The notes below the pieces were generated by a model that did no database searches, had not been told where the DNA came from, and saw nothing but the letters and a program-made list of their open reading frames with translations. DNA of 63,098 nucleotides, counting the filler, from an uncultured Methanosarcinales archaeon (GTDB lineage Archaea > Nanobdellota > Nanobdellia > Woesearchaeales > CAYNLP01), in assembly GCA_964398115.1 (NCBI GenBank). It is 3 parts of 3 records of this genome, joined end to end, with 100 filler letters (N's around TTAATTAATTAA, not from the genome) between each part and the next. Parts side by side here need not be neighbours in the genome. Positions count along the whole stretch, not along the records: positions 30,045 to 58,324 come from CAYNLP010000011.1; 2 more parts are not named here. One strand, given 5' to 3'. Of the stretch, positions 30,728 to 39,916 are shown in pieces; within the stretch, counting starts at the first letter, position 1, and each line of letters starts with the position of its first letter. A program made the translations under genes and the position numbers.

Positions 30728-30764
30728 ACCACTATTTATTTTCCATATAGACAATAAAAGTGGT
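30728..30764. promoter_or_regulatory. Repeated imperfect palindrome, copy C (TTATTTTCCATATAGACAATAA flanked by ACCACT/AGTGGT)
   Basis: Reverse complement matches copy A at 29 of 32 aligned positions (manual alignment). Confidence 0.65.
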
Positions 30765-30810
30765 GGGAAGCATAACCTTTATAAAACACTCCCTTTTCCC
30801 AACGCTATAA

Positions 30811-30838
30811 CCCGCTAAGACTACCTTTGGTAGGAGGG
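30811..30838 (+). promoter_or_regulatory. Putative L1 autoregulatory RNA site in the rpl1 leader, overlapping the Shine-Dalgarno sequence
   Basis: CCC-GCTAAGA-CTACC-TTT-GGTAG-GA-GGG forms two helices around a 7x2 internal loop; it ends 5 nt before the ATG; TATA at ~30778. Confidence 0.7.
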
Positions 30839-30843
30839 ACACA

Positions 30844-31491
30844 ATGGATAAAGAAGAAATACAAGAATACGTAGAAAAGGCGAAATCTGAAAGTCCACAA
30901 CGTAACTTTAGACAAACAGTCGAATTTATCATAAATCTAAAAGACCTAAACATGAAAGACCCGGACGACCAAGTAGACTTCTTCGTCCGACTACCAAATG
31001 ACATGGATATGGAAAGAAAAATCTGCGCATTCGTCGGACCAGAACTAGAAGACGAAGCAGAAGAACACTGCGACGAAGTAATTCCACAATCTAACTTTGA
31101 CAGTATAGAACCAAAAGAAGCTAAAAACCTAGCCAAAGAATACGACTACTTCGTAGCACAAGCCAATATAATGCCTAAAGTAGCAAGCACGTTCGGTAAA
31201 TACCTAGGACCACAAGGAAAAATGCCTAATCCAGACGCCGGAAGTGTAGTTCCACCCAATGCAGACCTAGCACCACTATATGAAAAATTACAAAACACAG
31301 TAAGGGTAGAAGCAAAAGACGACCCAGTCGTCCACGTAATAGTAGGAAAAGAAGACCTAGACGACGAAAAACTAGCAGACAACGCATGGTACATATTCGA
31401 CCAACTAGTACACAAACTACCAAAAGAAAACAACAACATCAAAGACAGCTACATAAAACTAACAATGGGACCACCGGTGAAGATGTCATGA
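30844..31491 (+). CDS. rpl1: 50S ribosomal protein L1
   Basis: RNFRQTVE and GKYLGPQGKMP; first gene of the L1-P0-L12 operon. Confidence 0.96.
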   Translation: MDKEEIQEYVEKAKSESPQRNFRQTVEFIINLKDLNMKDPDDQVDFFVRLPNDMDMERKICAFVGPELEDEAEEHCDEVIPQSNFDSIEPKEAKNLAKEYDYFVAQANIMPKVASTFGKYLGPQGKMPNPDAGSVVPPNADLAPLYEKLQNTVRVEAKDDPVVHVIVGKEDLDDEKLADNAWYIFDQLVHKLPKENNNIKDSYIKLTMGPPVKMS

Positions 31492-32502
31492 ACTACCAAC
31501 CCAAAGTCAAACAATGGAAAAAAGACGCAGTAGACGAATTCGCCGAGCTAATCGACGATCACAAAGTCGTCGGAATCGTGAACATGAAAAACCTACCAGC
31601 ACCACAACTACAAGACATTCGAGGCGACCTCAGAGACAAATTCACAATGAAAATGACGAAGATCAGCGTCATGACAAGAGCTATAGAAAAAGCAGACAGC
31701 ACCAACATCGAAGAACTCGAAAATCACCTGGAAGGCATGCCAGCCATGCTCTTCAGTAACGAAAACCCCTTCAAACTATACCAAATACTAAAAGAAAACA
31801 AATCCAGCGCTCCAATCAAAGGAGGACAAGAAGCACCACACGATATCGAAGTTAAAGAAGGACCAACAAGCTTCCCACCCGGGCCAATCATAGGAGAACT
31901 AGGAAGGAAAAGTAGCCATCCAAAACGACACAGTCGTAGCAGAAGAAGGAGAAGAAGTAAGCGCAGAACTCGCCAACATACTAACCAGACTAGGAATCGA
32001 ACCAATGGAAGTAGGACTCGACCTAGTAGCAGTATGGGAAGACGGCGAAGTAATCACAGACGACGTGCTAGACATAGACACAGAACAATACACACAAAAC
32101 TTCAAAACAGCGGCAAGCGAAGCATTCAACCTCGCAGTCAACGCAGGATTTGCCACAACAGAAACAATCAAAACCATGGTTACCAAAGCACACAACGACG
32201 CACTCGGTTTGGTAAGAGAAGAAGACATCCTCACCGACGAAACAGTAGAAGAAATACTGAACAAAGCAGAAGGACAAATGCAAGCTTTAGAAGAAAAACT
32301 CGACCTTGAAGGAAGCCTACAAGAACTCGCGGAAGAAGTAAAAGAAGAAAGCGAGGACAATGAAGAACAAACAGAAGAATCTGAAGAAGATGAAAACGAT
32401 GAAGATGATGAAAAAGAGCAAGAAACCAAAGACGAATCAGAAGACGAGTCTGAAGATAAAACAGAACAAGATGAATCTGGCGAAGAAGAAAAGGAAAGTT
32501 AA
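31488..32502 (+). CDS. rpl10: Ribosomal protein P0/L10, frame broken at ~31904
   Basis: QWKKD, LQDIR, NPFKLY and GPTSFPPGPIIGELG, then EGKVAI...LGIEPMEVGL in another frame; acidic tail. Confidence 0.9.
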
Positions 32503-32543
32503 TATGAAGACAACCTATTCAAAATCAACAGGAGGTAGATAAA

Positions 32544-32894
32544 ATGGAATACGTATACGCTGCAATGTTGCTTCACAAAACTGGTCAAGACGTCACTGAA
32601 GAATCAGTCACTGACGTCCTAGAAGCCGCAGGTGCAAGTCCAGACGAAGGCAGAGTAAAAGCCTTAGTCGCTGCACTAGACGGCGTTGACATAGACGAAG
32701 CAATAGAGCAGGCGGNNNNNNNNNNCGCCCCAGCAGCTCCAAGCGGAGGATCCAGCGGAGGCGCCCCAAGCGGCGACGAAGCAGAAGAAGGAGAATCCGA
32801 CGAAGCTGAATCCGACGAAAGCGGCGAGCCGGAAGAAGAGGACGACGTCTCTGAAGAAGAGGCGGCTGAAGGCCTCGGAAACCTGTTCGAATAA
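32544..32894 (+). CDS. rpl12: Ribosomal protein L12p (P1); contains a 10-N gap
   Basis: [11 protein letters not shown] start; AAEGLGNLF end; GGAGG Shine-Dalgarno. Confidence 0.96.
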   Translation: MEYVYAAMLLHKTGQDVTEESVTDVLEAAGASPDEGRVKALVAALDGVDIDEAIEQAXXXXAPAAPSGGSSGGAPSGDEAEEGESDEAESDESGEPEEEDDVSEEEAAEGLGNLFE

Positions 32895-32949
32895 AAAACC
32901 AACTTTTATTTTTTCCCTTTAATTTATTAAGAACAAAGGCAAGGTGACA

Positions 32950-33873
32950 ATGGCAGAAGAAAATCCAGACTTGGTCAAACAACTAAAACAAGTAAACGAC
33001 GAAGTCGACAAAATAAAAGACGAACTTGACGAGCTACACGAAGAAAAAGAAACAGCTTATCAAAAACGAGAAGAAATAGGTAACAAGATAGCCAACAAGA
33101 TAAACACCCTAACCAACTACAAAGAAGAACGAAACAAACGCACCGACAAAGTACAAGAATACAAAGATAAAAGAGACAAACTAAACGACGAAATAGCAAG
33201 TGAAATTGAAAAAATAAAAGACATGAAGAAAAAACACAAACAACTCCTTTCTCAAAAAGATATCAACAAATCACCCGAAAGTATCAAAAACCAAATACAA
33301 AACCTAGAGTTTAAAATGCAAACTGAGCCAATGAGCTTCGACAAAGAAAAACAAATGAACAGACAAATCAAAGAACTAAAACAACAACTAGACGAAATGG
33401 AAGAAGTAGAAAAACTCGGAAACAAAATCGACAAGAAAAGCAAACACATCGACAAACTCAAATCAAAAGCCAACAAATACCACAACAAAATGCAACAACT
33501 CGCAGAGGAAAGCCAAGACTACCACGAAAAAATGCTCGACCAAAGCGAAATAGTAGATGAACTCAGAGAAAAAGAAGACAAAGCACAAGAAAAATTCACA
33601 GAGAAAAAAGAAGAATACAAAAAACTCAGACAAAAACTTGACCAAAAACTTGACCAACTGCACAACATAAAAGACGAACTAGGAATAGAAACCAAGACAG
33701 AAAGCCCAACCGTCAGTGAAGAACAAAAAATGGACTTAAAAGAAAGAGAAAAACAAGTACAACAAAAAATTAAACAAGGCGAAACCTTAACCACAGAAGA
33801 CCTAATGGTAATGCAACAATCAGACATAAGCGAAGAAGAAGTACAAGCCGTAGCAGAAAACAGTAAAGAATAA
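32950..33873 (+). CDS. Archaeal coiled-coil protein (COG1340-like)
   Basis: Long coiled coil; LEFKMQT and GETLTTEDL motifs. Confidence 0.8.
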   Translation: MAEENPDLVKQLKQVNDEVDKIKDELDELHEEKETAYQKREEIGNKIANKINTLTNYKEERNKRTDKVQEYKDKRDKLNDEIASEIEKIKDMKKKHKQLLSQKDINKSPESIKNQIQNLEFKMQTEPMSFDKEKQMNRQIKELKQQLDEMEEVEKLGNKIDKKSKHIDKLKSKANKYHNKMQQLAEESQDYHEKMLDQSEIVDELREKEDKAQEKFTEKKEEYKKLRQKLDQKLDQLHNIKDELGIETKTESPTVSEEQKMDLKEREKQVQQKIKQGETLTTEDLMVMQQSDISEEEVQAVAENSKE

Positions 33874-33901
33874 ATAACACAAGACTTTTTTCTATAACAA
33901 A

Positions 33902-34111
33902 ATGTCAATAGACGACAACCTAGAAGAAATTGAAAACCAGTATCCAAAACCTCCAATAAGAGAAAGATTAACACCATACATTGCGGCAGGCATGCTAACC
34001 GGAGGCCTCCTCTGGTCAATGGGCGAAACATATGACCTATATAAACAAAAAGCAAACGAAACAGTCAGAGTAATAGCCAACCTAGATGAATACCTTATAA
34101 AACAAAGATAA
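33902..34111 (+). CDS. Small single-TM hypothetical protein
   Basis: 69 aa with hydrophobic YIAAGMLTGGLLW. Confidence 0.5.
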   Translation: MSIDDNLEEIENQYPKPPIRERLTPYIAAGMLTGGLLWSMGETYDLYKQKANETVRVIANLDEYLIKQR

Positions 34112-34146
34112 ACTTTTATAACAAACATAAATTTCTCCAACAAAAA

Positions 34147-34881
34147 ATGTTATACATCATAGGAATAGGACTAAACGACGAAAAAGACATCACTGTGAAA
34201 GGACTAGAAGCTATAAAAAATTGTGACAAAATATATCTAGAAACGTACACGTCAAAACTTCAATGCAGCGTGGAAGAACTAGAAAAATTCTACGAAAATG
34301 ACATTATCAAAGCAGACAGAAAACTCGTAGAGCAAAGCGGAGAAATATTAGAAAAAGCACAAAAACAACATGTAGCACTACTCGTAATGGGAGACATATT
34401 CTCAGCCACAACACACTTCCAAATATACAAAGAAGCAAAAGAAAAAAATATAGATGTAAAAACGATAAACAACGCATCAATACTAAACGCTGTAGGCCAA
34501 ACGGGGTTACAACTATACAAGTTCGGAAGAACAGCAAGCATACCATTCCACAACAAAGACGTAACTGCACCTTATGAAGTATATAAAAACAACCAAAAAA
34601 TTGGATTACACACCTTATTCTTACTCGACTTGAAACCAGATGAAGAAGAATACATGACCATAGGAGAAGCCATACAATACTTGTTAAGAGTGAGCGAAGA
34701 AGACTTCACCCGACAAACACTTTGTATAGGATGCGCACGTCTCGGAAGCAACGACGCAACTATAAAAGCAGGGAATGCGGAAGAGTTAGAAAATGAAGAT
34801 TTTGGAATGCCACCATATAGCCTGATAATACCCGGAGAAATGCACTTTTTAGAAGAAGAAGCACTACAGCTATGGCAGTGA
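34147..34881 (+). CDS. dph5: Diphthine synthase
   Basis: MLYIIGIGL, YLETYTS, GD..SATTH, GLQLYKFG and GLHTLFLLD motifs. Confidence 0.96.
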   Translation: MLYIIGIGLNDEKDITVKGLEAIKNCDKIYLETYTSKLQCSVEELEKFYENDIIKADRKLVEQSGEILEKAQKQHVALLVMGDIFSATTHFQIYKEAKEKNIDVKTINNASILNAVGQTGLQLYKFGRTASIPFHNKDVTAPYEVYKNNQKIGLHTLFLLDLKPDEEEYMTIGEAIQYLLRVSEEDFTRQTLCIGCARLGSNDATIKAGNAEELENEDFGMPPYSLIIPGEMHFLEEEALQLWQ

Positions 34882-34940
34882 TACTACCGACGTGAGACAA
34901 TTCGAAACCTTTATATACACTCTGCGGTTATTTTCAAACC

Positions 34941-35381
34941 ATGGTGGGAAAGAAAGGGATGTCGCCCATAATCGCCACTATTCTCCTCATAGCATTCGCT
35001 GTAGCGTTGGGCGCGATGATAATGACATGGGGTAGTACCATAGTGGCAGGCGATCAACTTGCTAACGTTTGTGAACAAGCCAAAATAGAGATGCGAGGAC
35101 AGCTCTGCTATAAAAACGGTAACGTAAAAATAGATGTGAAGAATTCTGGAACCGAAACCATCCAATCTTTGATTCTTGAAATAAAAGGAGAAGAATATGA
35201 CCAACAGTATGAGCTTAAACAAAAACTAGATCCTCAAGGAGCAATGAGTCAAGAAGTACCGGCGAGTAGAACAACCAATCCAGTAGTTTTATTGATACCC
35301 AAGGTTAAACTGGATGAAGAAAATCAAGCATGTCCACAACCAGCATTTAACAAATCAGGACTTCCACCGTGTGTACAATGA
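34941..35381 (+). CDS. Archaeal type IV pilin-like protein
   Basis: Class III signal peptide KKG/MSPIIATILLIAFAVAL. Confidence 0.88.
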   Translation: MVGKKGMSPIIATILLIAFAVALGAMIMTWGSTIVAGDQLANVCEQAKIEMRGQLCYKNGNVKIDVKNSGTETIQSLILEIKGEEYDQQYELKQKLDPQGAMSQEVPASRTTNPVVLLIPKVKLDEENQACPQPAFNKSGLPPCVQ

Positions 35382-36163
35382 GGATAAGCTTAGACCTTGA
35401 AGAAAGCGTTGAAAAAAACGCTGAGAAATACTTCGAAAAAGCAAAAAAGGCAAGAAAGAAACTAGAAGGTGCAAAAGAAGCATTAGAGGAAAGTAAACGT
35501 AAATTAGAACAAGTGAAACAAGAAGAAATAGAAAAACCCACCAAGGTTGAAGATCGTAAAAAGCGAGAAAAAGAATGGTATGAAAAATACCACTGGTTCT
35601 ATTCAAGTGATGACTTCCTAGTAATAGGGGGACGAGATGCTTCAACCAACGAACACGTTATTAAAAAACACGCACAAACCGGCGACTTAGTATTCCACAC
35701 AGACATGAGTGGATCTCCTTTTGTAGTAGTAAAAGCCGAAGGAAAAGAAATTCCAGAACAAACCAAAAAAGAAGCCGCACAATTCACACTCGCCTACAGC
35801 AAAGCGTGGAAACAAGGCCTACAAACAGCAGACGTCTTCTATGTCAAACCAGACCAAGTAAGTAAAGAAGCAAAAGCAGGAGAATACCTCGGCAAAGGAG
35901 CATTCATGATATACGGAGACACCAACTACGTCGATGTCGAGATAAGCTTTGCAGTAGGTCTCTACAAAGAAAGTGAAGATGACCCTGGGAAAGCAATGGG
36001 AGGACCAACTAGTGCTGTGAAAAAACAATGCAACAAATACGTGGAAATAAAACAAGGAAGGAAAAAAACCTCAGACGTGGCAAAATATATTAAGAAAAAA
36101 ATCAACGCCGACCTAGATGACATAATAAGAATACTACCAGCAGGCGGAGTAGAAGTAAAATAA
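35378..36163 (+). CDS. NFACT-R (RqcH-like) RNA-binding domain protein, short form
   Basis: NAEKYFEKAKK, WYEKYHWF, GGRDA..NE, FHTD..GSP and GAFMIYG motifs. Confidence 0.9.
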   Translation: MRISLDLEESVEKNAEKYFEKAKKARKKLEGAKEALEESKRKLEQVKQEEIEKPTKVEDRKKREKEWYEKYHWFYSSDDFLVIGGRDASTNEHVIKKHAQTGDLVFHTDMSGSPFVVVKAEGKEIPEQTKKEAAQFTLAYSKAWKQGLQTADVFYVKPDQVSKEAKAGEYLGKGAFMIYGDTNYVDVEISFAVGLYKESEDDPGKAMGGPTSAVKKQCNKYVEIKQGRKKTSDVAKYIKKKINADLDDIIRILPAGGVEVK

Positions 36164-36191
36164 TTTCAAAGAAAACTTGTCAAATGACAAA

Positions 36192-37070
36192 ATGGGGATT
36201 TTCCAACAAGCATACACAAGCGCTGTAACCAAAGCGTCTGAGTGGAGCACACAACTAGTTGATATGCTACCCAATATAGTACTAGCTGTAATAATACTAA
36301 TAATATTCTACTTCATCGCAAAATACGCAAAGAAAGGCGTACAAAGAGCCGGCCGCAACTTAAGTGATAACCAAGCCTTGAACAAACTCTTAGGAACCAT
36401 AACCTATGTAGTCATAATATTCTTCGGCCTCTTCATCGCCCTAGGAGTAATGAATCTCGACAAAGCAGTCACCTCACTCCTCGCAGGAGCAGGAATAGTC
36501 GGCCTCGCATTAGGATTCGCATTCCAAGACATAGCCGCAAACTTCATATCAGGTGTGATAATTGCGATAACGAGGCCTTTCAAAATAGGAGACGTTGTAG
36601 AAAGCAATAGTTACCAAGGAACGATAAGAAAGATAAACTTGAGAAGCACAGAGATAGAAACTTTCCAAGGCAACCAAGTCCTACTACCCAACAAGCAAGT
36701 TTTCGGCAATCCATTAATAAACTATAGCGAGAAAGGTGAGAGAAGAGTAGACCTCGAACTCGGAGTGTCCTACGAAGATAACTTAGAAAAAGTGAAAGAA
36801 GTAGCTATAAACACAATAGAAGATTTAGATTTTGTCGAAGAAGACAGAGGAGTAGAACTCTTCTACACCGAATTCGGCGGGAGCAGCATAAAATTCTCAC
36901 TCCGCTTCTGGATCAACTACGCACAAAAACAAGCCAGTTTCCTAGACTCCAAGAGTCAAGCCATAATGGCAATAAAGCAAGCATTCAACGAGAACGACAT
37001 AGAAATCCCATACCCGATAACCACACTAGACTTCGGAGAATTCGACATACCAGAAATATTCGGAGAATGA
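36192..37070 (+). CDS. mscS: Small-conductance mechanosensitive channel
   Basis: GLALGFAFQDIAANF, PFKIGD, PNKQ and IEIPYP motifs. Confidence 0.93.
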   Translation: MGIFQQAYTSAVTKASEWSTQLVDMLPNIVLAVIILIIFYFIAKYAKKGVQRAGRNLSDNQALNKLLGTITYVVIIFFGLFIALGVMNLDKAVTSLLAGAGIVGLALGFAFQDIAANFISGVIIAITRPFKIGDVVESNSYQGTIRKINLRSTEIETFQGNQVLLPNKQVFGNPLINYSEKGERRVDLELGVSYEDNLEKVKEVAINTIEDLDFVEEDRGVELFYTEFGGSSIKFSLRFWINYAQKQASFLDSKSQAIMAIKQAFNENDIEIPYPITTLDFGEFDIPEIFGE

Positions 37071-37207
37071 ATAGAGTATGGAAATAACATCAACTCACAT
37101 CTCTCAAAGTAAAAAAATGTAGGTTTGGGCAAATACTGAAAGAGAGATGCAACAACAAGCTATACACGATAAAAAAATCTCAATACTTTGCAAACGAAAT
37201 TAGAAAA

Positions 37208-37654
37208 TTAATTCTTAATCAATTCTTCAACTTCTTCTTCTAATTCTCTCGCGAATTCGTCGAATTCTTCATCCCACTCTTCCAGTTTTTGCGGGCTGAC
37301 ATCTACGGTTAAACTCTCATCTTCGATCTCGATAATAACCAAACAGTCTTTTTCTCCTTCAGCCAATATAGTTTTAGGACCAACCCGGATGTTTTCTAAA
37401 CCTTGTTCTTTCAAAACACTCGCTTTTTCCTTCAACCTTTCCCAAATCTCTACATATTCTTCTTTTAAACTTTTGATCCTTTCAGTACTAATATCATGTT
37501 CTTCAGCTAATTCTAACACTTTGCTGACATCATGATCCCACTCTTTTCTATCAAACTCTACTTCGGAATCTACTGCTCTTAAAATCTTAAAAGCTTCCTT
37601 TTGTAACTCTTTGTAACTTTCGCCGAAACTTTTCAATTCCTCTTTTAAACCCAT
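37208..37654 (-). CDS. Acidic hypothetical protein
   Basis: ~148-aa ORF. Confidence 0.6.
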   Translation of the reverse strand: MGLKEELKSFGESYKELQKEAFKILRAVDSEVEFDRKEWDHDVSKVLELAEEHDISTERIKSLKEEYVEIWERLKEKASVLKEQGLENIRVGPKTILAEGEKDCLVIIEIEDESLTVDVSPQKLEEWDEEFDEFARELEEEVEELIKN

Positions 37655-37678
37655 AGAAAACATTCATATTTTAGAGAT

Positions 37679-38062
37679 TTATTTAACCTTTCGGGTTAGA
37701 GCACTAGTATAAGCTTGTAAAGAATTAACCACATCTTCATAATCTGAAACTCCCTTACTAAATTCCAAAACGGCAAGGTCCTCCCTCACTTGCAAGTCTA
37801 CATAATCAAAACCATTCTGAGTTAAGAATTTACCAAGTGTAAGAACTTCACTGCCATTCGATTTATCTTTATAGAAATCCGCGGAATAAGTAACTGACAA
37901 GTCACCATCTTTTAATCGAGCATCTGGAAAAGCTACATCTAGTTTATTCACGTCCATGTCAGGATGAAAAATTAAACCTCCTTGATCAAAAATGAAGGGA
38001 GTGAAAGGAACATCTCTTAACTTGTCATCCAAAACTTCTTTATCTTTTTCTAGGTCTGACAT
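37679..38062 (-). CDS. Hypothetical protein
   Basis: 127-aa ORF. Confidence 0.6.
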   Translation of the reverse strand: MSDLEKDKEVLDDKLRDVPFTPFIFDQGGLIFHPDMDVNKLDVAFPDARLKDGDLSVTYSADFYKDKSNGSEVLTLGKFLTQNGFDYVDLQVREDLAVLEFSKGVSDYEDVVNSLQAYTSALTRKVK

Positions 38063-38161
38063 GACTTCTGAAAAAGAGTTTATGACTTAAAATATTTTTA
38101 TTCTGTTGCGCAATCTTTAAATACTAATTTCTGAAGAACATATTATTAAAAAGAGGTGACC

Positions 38162-39877
38162 ATGGAAAACGTCTTCTTACTCTTAGGGATTGCGATAATC
38201 GCGGCAAGTTTTATAGGATACTTCTCCCGTCTATTTAAACAACCACTAGTACTAGCTTATATCATAACAGGATTTCTCTTAGGACCAGCAGTTTTTGGAC
38301 TTATAAGCGATGAGGATCCTGTCCTACTTTTATCTGAGATGGGAATAACCTTCCTACTATTCACAGTGGGGCTTCACTTAGACCTAGATAACTTGAAAGA
38401 ACTAGGGCTGGTTTCATTAATAACAGGAATAGGACAAGTAGCAGTTTTAGGATTATCAGGTTTCGTCATAAGCACTTACTTCGGTTTTTCACCCTTATCC
38501 AGCTTCTACATTGGAGTCAGCTTAGCTTTTAGCAGCACTATCATCATAGTGAAGATGTTGAGTGAACACAACGACTTAAGCAGCTTACATGGGAGGATAT
38601 CTGTAGGTTTCCTCTTAGTACAGGATTTCCTTGCTATACTAGCCCTTGTGATGGTAGCAGGAATGCAAGGAGGAAAGGGGTTAGTGACAGGGTTAAGCGT
38701 CACCCTCCTTAAGGCTGCACTTTTGATAATCGCCGTCAGTGTCTTCACAATATACTTACTTAAGCCCATATTTGACCGACTGGCTAAAAATCAAGAACTA
38801 CTATTCATGTCAAGCATCAGCTACTGTTTCCTACTAGCCATAGCTTCAGACTTCATGGGATTAAGCATTGAAATAGGAGCTTTTCTCGCTGGACTTTCAT
38901 TAGGAACTTTACCATATCATATACAAATAGATCATAAGATAGAACCATTAAGAGACTTCTTCGTAGTAATATTCTTTATAACTCTAGGAACAGAAATGAG
39001 TTTCTCTCTTACAGGAGAATTAGTAGCTCCTCTAATAGCACTATCTTTTCTAGTCCTCGTAGGAACTCCTCTGATAATATTAATACTTATGGGAGCGCTA
39101 GGGTATAAGAAAAAAACAAGTTTCCTCACCGGCTTGACAGTAGCTCAGATAAGCGAATTCAGCCTAGTACTTGTAGCGCTCGGGAAAGAAGTAGGTCATA
39201 TAGGAAGTGAAGTAGTAAGCTTAGTAACAGGAGTAGGAGTTATAACCATAACGGTATCAGCTTATATGATAAAGTACAGCCACAAAATCTATTATCACCT
39301 GCAAGGATACCTAGGTTTTTTCGAAAGAGAAACAGAACTTGAAATCGATCATTCAGAACAAGACTTTGAAGATCACATCATAGTAGTCGGCTACCACAGA
39401 GTGGGTTTCGGAATTGTTAACAAACTTGCAGAGATGGATCAAGAAACTCTCGTGGTGGACTTCGATCCAGATATTATTAAACACCTACGAGAAAAAGGCA
39501 TACCTTGCATTTACGGAGACATAGGTGATCCACAAGTAATTGAAGAAGTAGACTTGGAAAAAGCAGAGATGGTTATAAGCACAGCTCCAGACATGGAAGA
39601 CAACCTGCAACTCATGAAAAAAGCGAAAGAAGTAAACCCAAGTATTATCGTCATAATAGTGGCGGAACAAGTAGAAGACGCATTAGAACTATATGACGAA
39701 GGAGCCGACTACGTAGTCCTACCACACTTGTTAGGAGGAGAACACGCAAGTCTCTTATTGGAAGACATGACAGAAGATGTTGACAACTTAATTGAGAAAA
39801 AACTCGAACACATTGATGAGTTGAGAGAACGGCAAGAAATTCATCCTCATCACGGACACAGCCAACGAGGGATTTGA
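38162..39877 (+). CDS. Kef-type (CPA2) cation/H+ antiporter with C-terminal TrkA-N (RCK) domain
   Basis: FSST, LLVQD, GAFLAG and QISEFS motifs; VGYHRVG and YGD in the RCK domain. Confidence 0.93.
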   Translation: MENVFLLLGIAIIAASFIGYFSRLFKQPLVLAYIITGFLLGPAVFGLISDEDPVLLLSEMGITFLLFTVGLHLDLDNLKELGLVSLITGIGQVAVLGLSGFVISTYFGFSPLSSFYIGVSLAFSSTIIIVKMLSEHNDLSSLHGRISVGFLLVQDFLAILALVMVAGMQGGKGLVTGLSVTLLKAALLIIAVSVFTIYLLKPIFDRLAKNQELLFMSSISYCFLLAIASDFMGLSIEIGAFLAGLSLGTLPYHIQIDHKIEPLRDFFVVIFFITLGTEMSFSLTGELVAPLIALSFLVLVGTPLIILILMGALGYKKKTSFLTGLTVAQISEFSLVLVALGKEVGHIGSEVVSLVTGVGVITITVSAYMIKYSHKIYYHLQGYLGFFERETELEIDHSEQDFEDHIIVVGYHRVGFGIVNKLAEMDQETLVVDFDPDIIKHLREKGIPCIYGDIGDPQVIEEVDLEKAEMVISTAPDMEDNLQLMKKAKEVNPSIIVIIVAEQVEDALELYDEGADYVVLPHLLGGEHASLLLEDMTEDVDNLIEKKLEHIDELRERQEIHPHHGHSQRGI

Positions 39878-39916
39878 CCGAAAGTAATTTAAAAATATAA
39901 AGGGAGAAAGTAACAG

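Noticed and set aside
31146..34143. Numerous antisense and alternative-frame ORFs of 60-180 aa
   Set aside because: Shadow ORFs caused by extreme strand skew and stop-codon scarcity, overlapping well-supported genes.
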